The position numbers were made by a program, and so were the translations under genes. 64,000 bases of DNA from Thiohalomonadales bacterium (GTDB lineage Bacteria; Pseudomonadota; Gammaproteobacteria; UBA6429; Thiohalophilaceae). The stretch is taken from positions 1,350 through 65,349 of the forward strand of contig JBECKZ010000175.1 of the NCBI GenBank assembly GCA_040235555.1, read 5' to 3'. The notes beneath the pieces are model-generated. The model searched no databases. It was not told the origin of the DNA and saw only the letters and a program-made list of their open reading frames with translations. This document shows, one piece after another, positions 19,529-29,462 of this stretch (position 1 is its first letter; the number at the start of each line of letters is the position of its first letter).

Positions 19529-20637
19529 ACCTGCAAAAGCACAAAATCGCGACACGCATATTTGACCTGATGGCCGGCTTTGCCAGCTGGTTACAAAACC
19601 TGCCCAATCGTGTTACCCCACCGCCGTTCCGATTGATGCAAATCAGTTCAGCATTCTGGCAATCACGAGTACTCTACGTAGCGACACGTCTGGATATTGC
19701 AGGTGTCCTCGCAGATCGCACACTGTCAGCCTCAGAAATCGCCGCTATAATCTCCGCCCAACCTGATGCGATTGATCGTCTACTGCGATTTCTAACCGCC
19801 ATGGGTATCTTTGAGCAGGTCAGCCCGCAACATTTTAAAAATAATAAACTCTCGACCTGCCTGCGTGAGGACCATCCGCAAAATATCCGTAGCCTCATCC
19901 TGATGCATAACTCAGTAGAAATGTGTCGACCCTGGTACGAACAACTTGAAACCGGCGTGCTTACCGGTGAACCACCGTTCCAGCTCGCACATCAGGAGGA
20001 ATTGTTTTCATACATGAGTAGTCACCCCGAATTTAGCGCACTGTTCGATCAGGCAATGGAGCGAGTTGAGGCCTTGAGTGGCGACAGTTTTGCTACTGAT
20101 TTTGACTGGCAGCGCTTTGATCGGGTGTTTGACATCGGCGGAGGTATCGGCAGCAAGGCCATTACGATACTCCGACATCACCCCCGGCTGCATGCAGAGG
20201 TCGTCGATCACGCGCACGTGATTCAGGGTGCAAACGAGTACTGGCAGGATAAACTTGATGATAGTGTATTCCAGCGACTGAGTTTTAGCGCAGGCGATGT
20301 CCTCGAGTCTGTACCGGTGGCGGCGAGTGAGAAGGATATTTATTTACTCACCGCAGTGTTCCACGGTTTTGACGACGTCGCTTGTGTCCAGGCTCTGCGT
20401 AACCTGGCCCAGGCGAGTACTGGTACAGGTGCACGCATCGCCATCTTTGAACTGGTGACCGATCCAGACAAGCCAGATACACTGAGTACGGCATTTGATA
20501 TGCAGATGTTCATGGGTACACGTGGGCGGGAACGCAACCTTGCCCAATGGACTGAGCTGTTCCAGCAGAGTAATCTACGTCTGGAACAAGTCATCAATCT
20601 GCGCGGCTTTGGCAAGATCCTGGTTTTGCTGTCCTAA
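19525..20637 (+). CDS. SAM-dependent O-methyltransferase (Methyltransf_2-like)
   Basis: ATGA overlap with the TetR gene. SAM motif FDIGGGIG. It has an N-terminal dimerisation-type region. Confidence 0.8.
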   Translation: MNLQKHKIATRIFDLMAGFASWLQNLPNRVTPPPFRLMQISSAFWQSRVLYVATRLDIAGVLADRTLSASEIAAIISAQPDAIDRLLRFLTAMGIFEQVSPQHFKNNKLSTCLREDHPQNIRSLILMHNSVEMCRPWYEQLETGVLTGEPPFQLAHQEELFSYMSSHPEFSALFDQAMERVEALSGDSFATDFDWQRFDRVFDIGGGIGSKAITILRHHPRLHAEVVDHAHVIQGANEYWQDKLDDSVFQRLSFSAGDVLESVPVAASEKDIYLLTAVFHGFDDVACVQALRNLAQASTGTGARIAIFELVTDPDKPDTLSTAFDMQMFMGTRGRERNLAQWTELFQQSNLRLEQVINLRGFGKILVLLS

Positions 20638-20810
20638 CTGAAAGCCACACTCAATTCTTTAATATACAAATCTGGAAATCAATCAGGCATGTTGTCGTGA
20701 CAGGTTCACTAAACAATACCCCGTGACCCACATAGCAAGCTTGCTTGCACAAGAACTCGAGCTGGTGAGCATGTCATTACGCGCCAATATTTACAGTTTG
20801 CAACAATAGG

Positions 20811-23393
20811 TCAGTTTTCCAGCTCGCTGCGTACATCATTTGCTGGTATTGCAGCAAGGGGTTTAGGTCTGCCAAGATAGTAACCCTGCCCACTGGTCAG
20901 GCCCAGTGAGCCAAGTATTTCCACCTGTTCTACCGTCTCCAGGCCCTCGGCAATAACCTCGATCTGGAGGCTTTCCGCCATCATCACGATAGCCTTGAGT
21001 AAGGCGATACTATTGTCTGCCGCTGTCATGTCTGCAATGAAACTCCGGTCGATTTTTAGCACATCCACCGGAAAGATTCGCAAGTAACTCAACGATGAAT
21101 AGCCTGTGCCAAAATCGTCAATTGCAATACGACAACCTGTATTGCGTAAAGCATGCAGTACCTGCAGTGCTGTCTGGGTATCTTCCATCAGTTGAGATTC
21201 CGTGATCTCGAGAACCAATTGTTGCGGCAACATTGCCTCTTCTTGCAGGATACGCTGAAAGTTAGGGATAAAATCCTTATCGTGAAACTGATAGCCTGAC
21301 ACATTTACTGAAAGTGAAATTTCCGACCCGACCGAAGTCTGGAGAGTTTTGAAAGAACGGCAGGCGTGGCGCAAGACCCAATAACCAAGCTGGACAATGG
21401 TACCTGTAGACTCAGCGACGGGGATAAACTCGGCGGGCGAGATCCAGCCGAGTTTTGCATGCTGCCAGCGCACCAATGACTCAAACCCAACAACTTCCCT
21501 ATCTGTCAGTTTAACAATCGGCTGATAGACAAGACTAAAGTTATCTTCCAGAAGTGCATCATGCAAATTATTGGCGAGAATCAATTGATTGTGCGCCATC
21601 GCAGCCATCGAGGCCTGATAAAACCGATAACAGTTACGTCCTGATGCCTTGGCATGATACATTGCCGTATCTGCAGCCCGTAACAAATCATCAATCGCTT
21701 CATCAGCCATCGGAAACATCACGATACCCACGCTTGCCGTGATATACATTTTATTTCGCTCTATCTCGAATGGAACAGAAAATTCCTTGAGAATTTTCTC
21801 GGCCACCTCTTCAACTACGACAATATGTTTGATGTTCTCCAACAATACCGTAAATTCATCACCGCCGAGACGTGCTACCGTATCGGCAGAGCGGATTGCG
21901 TTGTGAAAACGCTGCGCAGCAGACTGTAACAAAATATCGCCGGCAAAATGTCCCAAGCTGTCGTTGATATTCTTGAACTGATCCAGATCGATCATCAGCA
22001 AGGCCAACAGATTATTGTCGCGTTGGGCCCGATCGATCGCATGTTCCAACCGATCAAGAAACAAGGCGCGATTCGGCAACCCGGTCAGGGTATCGTGATA
22101 TGCAAGGTAATCCAGGCGCTTTTCAAGTTCCTGGCGTGCGGTAATATCTTCGCCCACGCTGAGTGTACCGTCGAACTCACCACGTTCATCCACGACGCGT
22201 GCGTTAAACCAGGCTATCACACGCTCCTCACCGCCCCTGGTCAGGATCGGATTGAGGTGCTGGTTGGTTGATTTGCCATCGTTTAATGACTCGAACACAT
22301 TACGTAACTGCGTTTCTGTCCCTTGTGGCAAAAATTCCCTAAACCAGTCCTTACCAAGGATTTCAGATGCCGAAAAACCGGTTACCTGAGTAAAGAATGG
22401 ATTCACATAACTGACACATCCATTCCTATCCAGACCAACGCCAAGCAGGTTCACCTGCTCGAGTAAGGTGCGCCAGCGTGCCTCGCTCGCTGCCAACTGC
22501 GCAGTCTTTGTTTTAACTGCAACAGACAGGCGACGGCTTTCGGTAAAACTGCGATTGACAATAAACAATAGGGACAACAGCAAGGCACCGCCAATCAACC
22601 AGATATACGACACATTACCGTTATCTGTATCAGCCTCATTTGCATCCAGCCATACTCGGGTCTGCCACTTCGAATTACCAACCATGATATTGAAGTTATT
22701 AGTCAGTTCAGGAGGTTTAACAGTTCCCCAGATATGTTTGCCTTTACCATCAGCCAGTGAGATATGCACGTCCTTGTCAAGATCCTGCCTTACCAGTTGC
22801 AACATCTTATCAATTTCGATAACGCCTTGAACCAGCCCGAGAAACTCATTGCCACGATAAAGTGGGACACGCGCGATCGTAGAAAGATGCCCCTGCACGG
22901 TAACTGCAGGTGGATTCATGGTCATGCGTTTTTCACGTATTGCCTTCTCAACATAGGGTGCGGCAGGCCTGATTTTGAGATCGAGGCCAATTGCCTTTTC
23001 ATTTCCTGCCAGGGGGAAAAAATGCCGTATTACCCGATTGGCATCGACAAAGGCAAAGCCACCAACGGCCGGTGTGTGTTGCAGCATCTTTTCTGCAAAA
23101 CGATCGAAACTATCATAATCAGGTAGTCTGGGACCTGCCAGCATGAAAGCATGCATGCTCTCCACAGTATTTAACGGGATCTGGATAACTGTATTCAATC
23201 GCGACTGAACAAGGCGGGTTACCTTTTCCAGGTGAATTTTCTGCTGTTGTTGCTGTGCCAGATGCGCCGCGCGATCCGCTGAGATTAAAACGATCAGACC
23301 GATACCTAACAATAGTCCTAACGCTACCCAACGGTTTAACGTCATTAGGCTTGGTTTGACTGCGATATTGTTGCCAGTGGTGCTTCCCATCAT
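20811..23393 (-). CDS. membrane sensor, PAS-GGDEF-EAL c-di-GMP turnover protein
   Basis: A periplasmic region lies between two TM segments, followed by a PAS-like region. Motifs: RLGGDEF, EITES, DDFGTGYSSL. Confidence 0.9.
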   Translation of the reverse strand: MMGSTTGNNIAVKPSLMTLNRWVALGLLLGIGLIVLISADRAAHLAQQQQQKIHLEKVTRLVQSRLNTVIQIPLNTVESMHAFMLAGPRLPDYDSFDRFAEKMLQHTPAVGGFAFVDANRVIRHFFPLAGNEKAIGLDLKIRPAAPYVEKAIREKRMTMNPPAVTVQGHLSTIARVPLYRGNEFLGLVQGVIEIDKMLQLVRQDLDKDVHISLADGKGKHIWGTVKPPELTNNFNIMVGNSKWQTRVWLDANEADTDNGNVSYIWLIGGALLLSLLFIVNRSFTESRRLSVAVKTKTAQLAASEARWRTLLEQVNLLGVGLDRNGCVSYVNPFFTQVTGFSASEILGKDWFREFLPQGTETQLRNVFESLNDGKSTNQHLNPILTRGGEERVIAWFNARVVDERGEFDGTLSVGEDITARQELEKRLDYLAYHDTLTGLPNRALFLDRLEHAIDRAQRDNNLLALLMIDLDQFKNINDSLGHFAGDILLQSAAQRFHNAIRSADTVARLGGDEFTVLLENIKHIVVVEEVAEKILKEFSVPFEIERNKMYITASVGIVMFPMADEAIDDLLRAADTAMYHAKASGRNCYRFYQASMAAMAHNQLILANNLHDALLEDNFSLVYQPIVKLTDREVVGFESLVRWQHAKLGWISPAEFIPVAESTGTIVQLGYWVLRHACRSFKTLQTSVGSEISLSVNVSGYQFHDKDFIPNFQRILQEEAMLPQQLVLEITESQLMEDTQTALQVLHALRNTGCRIAIDDFGTGYSSLSYLRIFPVDVLKIDRSFIADMTAADNSIALLKAIVMMAESLQIEVIAEGLETVEQVEILGSLGLTSGQGYYLGRPKPLAAIPANDVRSELEN

Positions 23394-23557
23394 GACGGGG
23401 TGAAATGTCCTTGCGCAATTCTGTTATATATTTATAGATAGAGCGACTACCACTACGAAACACAATCCAGAATAACACGAAGCAATTAGCCATGCGATTT
23501 ATTAGCAGCAATTACCTCAAAAACATTAAGTTTATTTAATCTATCGCAGGTTCCGTG

Positions 23558-24193
23558 TCAGGGATAACGCAACGATTTCCAGCGCCAGAGATATTTACAG
23601 ACGATTCCCCGGTACGGGCGCCAGTGCTCGGCAATCCGCAGCATCGATTGTTTCAGTGCTCTGCCGCTATGTTTGATCCCATATAATTGTTGCATGGCAT
23701 TTTGAATACCAACGTCATTCACCGAAAATACATCTTTACGATTGAAGGCAAAAATCAGCAACATCTCGACCGTCCAGCGACCTACCCCGTGTATCTGCGT
23801 GAGGTGCGAGATAATCTGCTCGTCCGTATATTTTGTCAGGGTCGGATAATGCATCCCCGGTTCGAGTGCAAACTGTGCGATAGCCTTGAGATAATCCACC
23901 TTCTGGCGTGACAGACCGGCAGCCTGCAATCGTGCCACCGGCATGCGCCGTAACAACGTCGGCTCAGGATACTTTTCCGGAAACAGGGCCAACACTCGTG
24001 CATGAATCGTATCGGCAGCCTTGACCGAGAGTTGTTGCGCAATAATGGAATGCAACAGGGTTGCATATATATCCTGGTTGCGTCGGGCAACCGGAAAGGC
24101 AATTTGCGATATGAGTGGATGTAACTTGCGATCCTGCTGAATGAGGTATTGCTTAATTTCTTCGTAACGACGTGGTGGCATCGTATAGTTCAT
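23558..24193 (-). CDS. DNA-3-methyladenine glycosylase II family (HhH-GPD, AlkA-like)
   Basis: HhH motif IHGVGRWTVEMLLIFAF followed by SVNDVG. Confidence 0.8.
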   Translation of the reverse strand: MNYTMPPRRYEEIKQYLIQQDRKLHPLISQIAFPVARRNQDIYATLLHSIIAQQLSVKAADTIHARVLALFPEKYPEPTLLRRMPVARLQAAGLSRQKVDYLKAIAQFALEPGMHYPTLTKYTDEQIISHLTQIHGVGRWTVEMLLIFAFNRKDVFSVNDVGIQNAMQQLYGIKHSGRALKQSMLRIAEHWRPYRGIVCKYLWRWKSLRYP

Positions 24194-24284
24194 CCGCAGC
24201 GATGGACCAGGGCCTATTCTGTGCGATTACCATGGCCGTTGCCAATAGCCATTCATCGCGACATATGTGAGGGATGCGAGCCCG

Positions 24285-24656
24285 TCACTCGACCGCGGTT
24301 TGCGCCAGGGTACGCGCCGCCACCGTTTCCCGGATAGGCCGTATTGGCCGTACTTCAATACTACCCGCACGGGCCGGCGGGATCCTGGCGGCAATAGCAA
24401 TGGCCTCATCCAGATCCTTCGCCTCAATCAGGTAAAAGCCAGTAAGTTGCTCCTTGGTTTCAGCGAAAGGACCATCGGTGATATGTGTCTTGCCATCACG
24501 GACCCGCACCGTGGTGGCAGTCTGCACCGGTTGGAGGGCCTCTGAGGCCAGACAATGTCCGCTGTCGCGGATAGTTGCATCATAGGCCACACAATCTTCA
24601 TCGGGCAGGCTATCCAGCTGATGTTCATCGAGGTAGACCAGGCAAAGATATTTCAT
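24285..24656 (-). CDS. YciI/DGPF-domain protein
   Basis: MKYLCLVY start, a DGPFAETKE motif and GFYLIEAKDLDEA. Confidence 0.8.
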   Translation of the reverse strand: MKYLCLVYLDEHQLDSLPDEDCVAYDATIRDSGHCLASEALQPVQTATTVRVRDGKTHITDGPFAETKEQLTGFYLIEAKDLDEAIAIAARIPPARAGSIEVRPIRPIRETVAARTLAQTAVE

Positions 24657-24693
24657 GCTTCACTCCATATCGATTTGTTTGGATACTGCAGTA

Positions 24694-25200
24694 TTATTCT
24701 CGCCCATCATCCCGTTGATCATAGACATGTTGTAACTCAGCGATATCAATCTTTTTCATCTGCAGGAGGGCGCGCATGACTCGCGAGGACTTTTGCCTAT
24801 TCTTATCACTCAATAATGTGCTTACCACGGAGGGGACTACCTGCCATGACACACCATACTTGTCCTTGAGCCAGCCACACTGTTGCGCCGTTTCGTCACC
24901 ACCTTCAGTCAAGCGTTGCCAGTAATAATCCACCTCCGCCTGGGTTTCGCATTGCACCTGCAAGGAGATGGCCTCGTTGAAGTTAAATTTCGGCCCACCG
25001 TTTAAGGCCGTAAATTGCTGACCCGCGAGTTCGAATTCTACCGTCATGATCGAACCTTCTGGTTGCCCATGGATCTCCTGACCCTCGCTACCGTAATAGC
25101 TAATCTTAAGGAGCCGTGCATCTTTGAAAATTGCAGTGTAAAACCGGACCGCGTCCTCGGCCTGATTATCAAACCACAGACAGGGAGTGATGTGTTGCAT
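24694..25200 (-). CDS. VOC-superfamily protein (3-demethylubiquinone methyltransferase-like fold)
   Basis: ITPCLWFDNQAEDAVRFYTAIF and KYGVSWQV. Confidence 0.75.
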   Translation of the reverse strand: MQHITPCLWFDNQAEDAVRFYTAIFKDARLLKISYYGSEGQEIHGQPEGSIMTVEFELAGQQFTALNGGPKFNFNEAISLQVQCETQAEVDYYWQRLTEGGDETAQQCGWLKDKYGVSWQVVPSVVSTLLSDKNRQKSSRVMRALLQMKKIDIAELQHVYDQRDDGRE

Positions 25201-25294
25201 GCGGGTTTATCCTTATTGATGGCAGGCTTGGCGGCTCAGTCAGATGCCATCATTTCACGAAAAACATTGCACGGCCTCACTTGAAGACGATACC

Positions 25295-25705
25295 TCATGC
25301 CATGACAATGACCATCCAGCCTAACCCGAACCGATCTTTTAGCATCCCGAAGCAGGGGGAAAAAAACGTTTTGCCCAATGGCATACGCACTTCCCCACCT
25401 TCGGCCAGCGCGGCAAACAAGGTTTTGGCCTCGGCTTCGCTGGCTGCAGAAATGGATAACGAGAATCCCTGGAACGCCGCCTGGCCCGAACACATGCCAT
25501 CAGAGACCATCACGACAGACTCACCGATACGCACATTAGCATGCATGATTTTGTCCTCGCTCCCCGCGGGAAGCATACCGGGTGGGTGTGGTTCCGGGCT
25601 GTCCTTGTACCGCATCAACATCGTGACTTCTGCATCCAGGGCCTGACGGTAAAACGCCAGTGCCTCCTCGCAGCGACCTTCGAAAAACAGATAGGGTTCA
25701 ATCAT
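25295..25705 (-). CDS. VOC/PhnB-like glyoxalase-fold protein
   Basis: PYLFFEGRCEEALAFY and DRFGLGWMV. Confidence 0.75.
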   Translation of the reverse strand: MIEPYLFFEGRCEEALAFYRQALDAEVTMLMRYKDSPEPHPPGMLPAGSEDKIMHANVRIGESVVMVSDGMCSGQAAFQGFSLSISAASEAEAKTLFAALAEGGEVRMPLGKTFFSPCFGMLKDRFGLGWMVIVMA

Positions 25706-25818
25706 CGTAGCCTCTCCTTAAAATATATGAGATATATGAGCAAGTGCCTCAATCACCGCTCATTCAGCCTATAGTCGAATTCCACCACCTGAGATCGACA
25801 ACCAGTGACATCATTTTT

Positions 25819-27075
25819 TTACACTGTCGCATTGTCCAGTTCACACAGTCGCCGTTGCAAAAAACGCCGTTCCGGTTCCTGCCGGCTTAGGGCCAGCGCA
25901 CACTCGTAGGCGGTACGCGCTGTGGCGTGTTTACCCAGGCGACGGTATAAATCCGCGCGTGCTGCATGGGCCAATCCATATTCCGTCAGTTCCCCAGATG
26001 CCAGACGATCGATAATCGCGAGGCCCGCAGCGGGGCCATCCCGCATCGCCAGCGCCACGGCACGATTCAACTCCACCACGGGGGATGGAGCGACACGCTG
26101 CAACACATCGTACAGGCCCACGATTTGAGGCCAGTCGGTTTCGTCCGCGCTGGCTGCCTCGGCATGCACGGCAGCAATCGCCGCTTGCAGTGTATAGGGC
26201 CCAAAGCGGCGTGTATGTAAGGCCTGTTCCACCAGGGCAATCCCTTCGGCGATCAGCGCATGATTCCAGCGTGAGCGATCCTGTTCATCTAACAGGATAA
26301 GATCACCGGATTCCGTACTGCGTGCCTCACGGCGAGACTCATGCAACAACATTAAGGCCAGCAAACCCATGGCTTCCGCCTCCGGTAACAGTTCGACCAG
26401 CAGACGACCCAGACGGATTGCCTCGTAAGTCAGGTCGGCACGCGTTACTGATTCCCCTGAGGATGCAGAATATCCTTCATTGAACACCAAGTAGATTACC
26501 TGCAGGACCACTTCAAGGCGTGGCGGCAATTCTGAATATGCGGGAACTGCATATGGTATACGTGCGTCGCGGATCTTAGCCTTGGCACGCACGATGCGCT
26601 GTGCCAGTGTCGGTGCACGCATCAAAAAGGCATGGGCGATTTCTTCTGTGGTTAGATCGCATACCTCGCGCAAGGTCAAGGCCACCTGGGCCTCGGCGGC
26701 CAGGGCGGGGTGACAACAGGTAAAAATCAAGCGCAGTCGATCATCTGCGACACTCTCTTCACCAATTTCGCTTGCGTCGGGCTCGGCCGCCAGCGAATCG
26801 ATCATGGCATCCAGCGAATCGAAGCGACTTTGCCGACGTATCCGATCAATCGCCTTGAAGCGACCTGCCGACACCAGCCAGGCTCGCGGATTGGTGGGAA
26901 TACCATCCTGTGGCCATTGTTCCAGGGCTGCACGAAAGGCATCGTGCAATGCCTCTTCCGCCAGGTCAAAATCTCCACCTAACAGGCGAATCAGGGTCGC
27001 TAGCACTCGGCGTGATTCTTCACGATAAATGCGTTCAATCTGTTCCAGACTTTGTTCGCTGGAAGCATCTGACAT
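25819..27075 (-). CDS. ECF sigma factor with long C-terminal extension (COG4941 / ECF42-type)
   Basis: 418 aa. Sigma-2/sigma-4-like N-terminal half (NPRAWLVSAGRFKAIDRIRR; TTEEIAHAFLMRAPTLAQRIVRAKAKI), followed by a ~200-aa helical C-terminal region. Confidence 0.85.
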   Translation of the reverse strand: MSDASSEQSLEQIERIYREESRRVLATLIRLLGGDFDLAEEALHDAFRAALEQWPQDGIPTNPRAWLVSAGRFKAIDRIRRQSRFDSLDAMIDSLAAEPDASEIGEESVADDRLRLIFTCCHPALAAEAQVALTLREVCDLTTEEIAHAFLMRAPTLAQRIVRAKAKIRDARIPYAVPAYSELPPRLEVVLQVIYLVFNEGYSASSGESVTRADLTYEAIRLGRLLVELLPEAEAMGLLALMLLHESRREARSTESGDLILLDEQDRSRWNHALIAEGIALVEQALHTRRFGPYTLQAAIAAVHAEAASADETDWPQIVGLYDVLQRVAPSPVVELNRAVALAMRDGPAAGLAIIDRLASGELTEYGLAHAARADLYRRLGKHATARTAYECALALSRQEPERRFLQRRLCELDNATV

Positions 27076-27614
27076 ACACAGTGTCTCCGTAGCTAACTTT
27101 GTTCATCAAATTCGGCGAGGCACACAACTTGATCCCAACCTACACGTTCACCCGGGTGTACCAGCGGATGTTTGGCCATCATCTTGTTAGCCTCGATCAT
27201 AATTTATGGCCTGCTCAATTCCCTAATTTCCATGACCAGATCTGAATCGTACAAGCACCTCCCTCTCGCAGGCAGACAGGTCATCGAATTCGGCTTCGTT
27301 TTAATACGCAAAATACAACAGGTATTTACAAATAACTTCTGACGCGTTGTACGTGATATCCAATAATCGAATGGCGAAGACCAGATTCGACAATGTGACA
27401 ATCTGAATTGCCATTCCGCGTATAGCAGTTCAGAATACCCATGTAAGCTTAATAATAGACGGAAAACCCGTGACTGGAGAAAGACAGCTTACAGAAGCTG
27501 AAGTGAGGAAAATCGTTTCGTGATCTGAGCACGTGCACTAAACTTTAATACACACCCTTACCGGCCGGGCAAGTGCCCGACCGCTAAGACATTTCTGGTA
27601 TGGCTGGCGCGTAA

Positions 27615-28220
27615 TTATGCCGCCAGTTTGCGACTGGCCTGCTTGAATTGTTCGTTGACGAATTTCCAGTTCACAACATGCCAGAAGGCTTTGACATAGT
27701 CCGGTCTAGCATTGCGATAATCTATATAATAAGCATGTTCCCAGACATCACAGGTTAATAGCGGTGTCTGGCCATGGCGTAATGGTGTGTCGGCATCGTG
27801 CGTGGTGGTGATGGCCAATTTACCGTCTTGATCCATTACCAACCAGGTCCAGCCAGAACCGAAATGATTATTCGCTGTGGTCGAGAACTCCGTCTCAAAA
27901 CTTTCCAATGAACGGAACCTGCGATTGATCACATCCAGCACCTCACCCTTAGGTTGTTCACCCGGCGGACACATGCATCGCCAATAGAAGGCATGGTTCC
28001 AGGCCTGAGCTGCATTGTTAAAAATCGGGCCAGTGGCCGTCATGATAATCTCTTCCAATGATTTGTCAGCAAATTCCGTATCCTTGATCCTGTCATTGAG
28101 TTTATTAACGTATGCCGCGTGATGCTTACCGTAGTGATATTCCAGCGTTTCCATGGAAATATAAGGTGCAAGTGCGTCCATTTCGTACGGGAGCGCCGGA
28201 AGTTTGTGCATATTTTCCAT
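27615..28220 (-). CDS. sodB: Fe/Mn superoxide dismutase (Fe-type)
   Basis: AAGGAGG RBS. Motifs LPALPY...LEYHYGKHH and DVWEHAYYIDYRN. Confidence 0.9.
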   Translation of the reverse strand: MENMHKLPALPYEMDALAPYISMETLEYHYGKHHAAYVNKLNDRIKDTEFADKSLEEIIMTATGPIFNNAAQAWNHAFYWRCMCPPGEQPKGEVLDVINRRFRSLESFETEFSTTANNHFGSGWTWLVMDQDGKLAITTTHDADTPLRHGQTPLLTCDVWEHAYYIDYRNARPDYVKAFWHVVNWKFVNEQFKQASRKLAA

Positions 28221-28452
28221 TGTGGTGCCTCCTTGTCGTTATTTAACTTACACTTGATGACGTGCTATGTGACAAGTCGTTGTGTGATTAGTTTTATCTG
28301 TCCGACAATTACCTGCGAGTTATTAAATAAACTGACATTATGTTTGTCATAATTACAGATTATATATTCAAGTCTGTTGCAATAAATGGTGTAATAAAAT
28401 AGACATGGTCACGAGTAAATTCATAAAGGATTTTAAATAGCCCAGCACACCG

Positions 28453-28764
28453 ATGACTTCAAAGGTAAATCCACTCAGGCAAGTGTATGGTTTTCTTATC
28501 ACGCCGATTAGCTGGAAAGATACATTATGGATGTGGGCTTATGCACTATTGTGGTTTTTCATTGACAATACATCCAAACTCCTGGCTTACCGATTAGTCC
28601 ACAATCATTCAACGATAACCGCGTGCTACTCCGGCCAGCGCGATAAAATACCGGAAACACTGTGTGAACTATTCCTTCAGCTCGATTTTGTTACCGCTCT
28701 ATTGAACCATCGCTGTGTCTACTGGTCACATTTGACACGACACGTCTCCACAGGTAATGGATGA
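28453..28764 (+). pseudogene. relic of the C-terminal membrane segment of a P-type (H+/Mg2+-type) ATPase
   Basis: VYGFLITPISWKDTLWMWAYALLWFFIDNTSKLLAYRLV resembles the last TM helix and tail of plasma-membrane-type P-ATPases. No ATPase body lies upstream, and the remainder of the ORF looks non-coding. Confidence 0.45.
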
Positions 28765-28946
28765 TTAACATCGCATAGTTGCCGCGTGTAGCACGTTCAC
28801 CACGATAGCTGACCCCACGCTACCGTGTGGCTGGTCTCGTCTTATTCCAAGCTGTCAGCGAACCGGCATACTCAGACAGGCATTTCATCGATTGGGCTTA
28901 ACAACAATTTCCCGAAGTCATTTAAAAAGCAAAGCTAGGAGGAATC

Positions 28947-29366
28947 ATGAAGAAACAAATGCTCATTTCTTTCGTTTCGTTATTAGTTGCGTTGTTTGGT
29001 GTCAATGTCGCTTACGCAAACACCAATGCGCAAAAAGAAATTTCGACTGCACTCACTCATGCCGGTTATGCCGAACAAGTCACGAATGTGGATAAAGTAC
29101 ATTTACACCTGCATCATGTCATTAATTGCCTGGTTGGTACCAAGGGCGTCGGTTTTGATGCCAAGGCGGGTGATCCCTGTATCGGTATGGGCGACGGCGC
29201 TATCAAGGATTTTAACTACAAGATGGCAGACAAGCTCAGACGCGATATGCTGAAGCAAGCTCTGGAAGACGCCAATTACGGACTAATGACCAACCGTCTT
29301 AAGATTGCACGTAATGCGGCAGATCTGGTTGCCAAGGATTTGAAAAAGGCCGAGGAAGATCTGTAA
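28947..29366 (+). CDS. small secreted protein with His-rich motif, unknown function
   Basis: AGGAGG RBS. Signal peptide MKKQMLISFVSLLVALFGVNVAYA. Motif HLHLHH and two Cys residues. Confidence 0.7.
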   Translation: MKKQMLISFVSLLVALFGVNVAYANTNAQKEISTALTHAGYAEQVTNVDKVHLHLHHVINCLVGTKGVGFDAKAGDPCIGMGDGAIKDFNYKMADKLRRDMLKQALEDANYGLMTNRLKIARNAADLVAKDLKKAEEDL

Positions 29367-29462
29367 CTCTTACTGGTTTGATTGCCGGACTGGTGACTGT
29401 CTTGCTTCTACAGATACCGGTCCGGCATGCCATGTCTGACTTACTATTTAAGAAAATTCAGT

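Noticed and set aside
28333-28349. TGACA-N7-TGTCA inverted repeat upstream of sodB as a Fur-box-like operator
   Set aside because: The arms are only 5 bp, in very AT-rich DNA, and the resemblance to the Fur consensus is weak. It is expected by chance.
29384-29426. 11-bp stem (one G-U pair) with a 21-nt loop between convergent genes, as a bidirectional terminator
   Set aside because: There is no U-tract on either strand and the loop is long. It may still be a structural element, but support is insufficient to annotate a terminator.
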